From a bacterium (GTDB taxonomy: Bacteria; UBA10199; 2-02-FULL-44-16; DYJF01): 21,684 nt of DNA. The stretch spans positions 1-21,684 of the forward strand of contig JBGSNL010000074.1 in assembly GCA_041739675.1 (NCBI GenBank). Direction: 5' to 3'. The position numbers were made by a program, and so were the translations under genes. A model generated the notes under the pieces. It saw nothing but the letters and a program-made list of their open reading frames with translations. It did not search any database and was not told where the DNA came from. Shown here one piece after another: positions 20,586-21,684 of the stretch. Numbering within the stretch: position 1 is the stretch's first letter; each line of letters starts with the position of its first letter.

Positions 20586-20590
20586 AACCG

Positions 20591-20706
20591 AATCTTAATC
20601 GTAATCCTAATCGCTCTTCGCAGTTATCAGAACATAGTTCCAGCTCTAGCTTAAGTTCCAGATCATAAGATGACGTGGAAGAGCGATTAAGATTAAGACA
20701 ATGATT
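20591..20706. repeat. Hexamer-periodic hairpin element, copy A
   Basis: (AATCNN)x4-tcttc left arm; inner (AGNTNN)x5; right arm gaagagcgattaagattaagacaatgatt (24/29 complementary to left arm, inner 12 perfect). Confidence 0.9.
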
Positions 20707-21228
20707 ATGAACAAAAACGCAATTCTCAGTGCATGCGCGGTTGGATTGATGATCGGGGTTGCAGGGCTGATAAACCTCATCGGGAGAGTGCGCAAGCTGA
20801 TCAAAGAGAGTATAGAATGCGTGCTGCCGGTGGTACCTAATCAAAAATTTGAATTCAGTTCGCCGGGAGAAAAATGTCTTCATCTCCAGGGCCCGCGGTT
20901 TACGACCGCATTTTTTGGGGTCAAATTCGCGATCAAAGATATTGCGACGGGAGAAGAGATCGCGCTAAGGCCGATAATATTCAGAATGGTAACAAGCGGG
21001 ATATCGAGAGCGCGGATATTTACGCATAGATGTATGGTCACGCATGCGGGACGGTATGAACTCGTGATATCGGGAATCAGAGAAGGAGCTGATTACGCGG
21101 ATTGCAATATTATTTTTACGAGGCCATATCGCGCAACGGCGATTCTTCTGATCCTTGGACTTGTATTCACGGGAATGCTGACGATAGCGAGCGTAGTATT
21201 CGGGATTATGGCAATTATCGAATCCTAA
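20701..21228 (+). CDS. Hypothetical membrane protein (N- and C-terminal TM helices, beta-rich middle); start 20701 or 20707
   Basis: 175-aa ORF with hydrophobic ILSACAVGLMIGVAGLINLI and AILLILGLVFTGMLTIASVVFGIMAII; exactly fills the space between the repeats; no clear SD. Confidence 0.7.
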   Translation: MIMNKNAILSACAVGLMIGVAGLINLIGRVRKLIKESIECVLPVVPNQKFEFSSPGEKCLHLQGPRFTTAFFGVKFAIKDIATGEEIALRPIIFRMVTSGISRARIFTHRCMVTHAGRYELVISGIREGADYADCNIIFTRPYRATAILLILGLVFTGMLTIASVVFGIMAIIES

Positions 21229-21327
21229 TCGTAATCTTAATCATAATCCTAATCGCTCTTCGCAGTTCTAAGATCAAAGTTCCAGATCTAGCTTAAGTTC
21301 CAGATCATAGATCAGAGATTAAGATTA
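21221..21327. repeat. Hexamer-periodic hairpin element, copy B
   Basis: (AATCNN)x6-tcttc...; 21233-21309 is 71/77 identical to 20591-20667; shortened right arm agagattaagatta. Confidence 0.9.
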
Positions 21328-21660
21328 TCTCCGGAGCCGCATGATCATGGCATATGATACGCGGAGCTCATCTTTGATTTCATCGATGAGCGTGGCCGTG
21401 ATATAGCCGTAAGCGCAGATGATATCTAATGCTGAAGCCGTTTCCGCGATGGAGGCAAGCGAGATATCAAAGAACCGGTTCCTCTCCTTTGTTGAGCGCC
21501 TGCCGTTGCCCTCCGATAGATTCAATATGGCGCTGCTGAATGCCCTATTGAGCTGATCTTCCAGATAATAAGTGCCCTTGGGCAGTTGCTCAATCAGCGC
21601 TGGCAACTTTCTTGCGACACCTAGCAACACTACATAGCATTTCAGTTTTTGGTGATTCAT
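21325..21660 (-). CDS. Four helix bundle protein (23S rRNA-IVP / TIGR02436-like, Avd structural relative)
   Basis: LEDQLNRAFSSAILNLSEGNGRRSTKERNRFFDISLASIAE matches the family pattern L.DQ..RA..S...N..EG.GR.S.KE..RF..I...S..E; AAGGAGG SD at 21672-21666. Confidence 0.88.
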   Translation of the reverse strand: MNHQKLKCYVVLLGVARKLPALIEQLPKGTYYLEDQLNRAFSSAILNLSEGNGRRSTKERNRFFDISLASIAETASALDIICAYGYITATLIDEIKDELRVSYAMIMRLRR

Positions 21661-21684
21661 GGAATCCTCCTTGTTGTTTTTGTG

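Noticed and set aside
20560..20883. Minus-strand 107-aa ORF containing LELKLELEL and LGLRLR, plus the 21102-21296 ORF with ILIVILIIILI
   Set aside because: The low-complexity peptides are by-products of the hexamer repeats, and the ORFs overlap better-supported genes.
20591..21327. CRISPR array or canonical integron attC sites
   Set aside because: Only two long copies separated by a 0.5-kb gene, with no repeat-spacer periodicity or cas genes. The ends are TAATC/GATTA rather than RYYYAAC/GTTRRRY, and no integrase is in the window.
21325..21684. Diversity-generating retroelement
   Set aside because: No reverse transcriptase is visible. The six repeat mismatches all involve an A in one copy, but they are split between the two copies and lie in non-coding sequence, unlike a TR/VR pair.

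Overview
Bases 1-15489 hold the end of tuf followed by a complete, contiguous S10-spc-alpha ribosomal protein superoperon (rpsJ to rplQ, including secY-adk-map-infA-rpmJ and rpoA). Gene order and protein sequences look Deltaproteobacteria/Myxococcota-like (inference only). A TlpA/ResA-type redoxin is coupled to rplQ and collides head-on with a minus-strand fur-feoB-(DtxR-FeoA) metal uptake operon, which has a Fur-box-like palindrome in its promoter. Next comes a divergent, stand-alone hutU. The last ~1.1 kb is the most unusual part. Two ~110-nt hexamer-periodic, hairpin-forming direct repeats (71/77 nt identical core) flank one AT-richer membrane-protein gene like a cassette and abut a four-helix-bundle (23S rRNA-IVP/Avd-like) gene. 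Start and stop codons of the adjacent genes are embedded in the repeats. Smaller oddities are a GCCCGCC/GGCGGGC hairpin found twice directly before ribosome-binding sites, a 7-nt-period tract between rpsM and rpsK, a 47-nt fur/feoB dual-coding overlap, and charged extensions on several ribosomal proteins.
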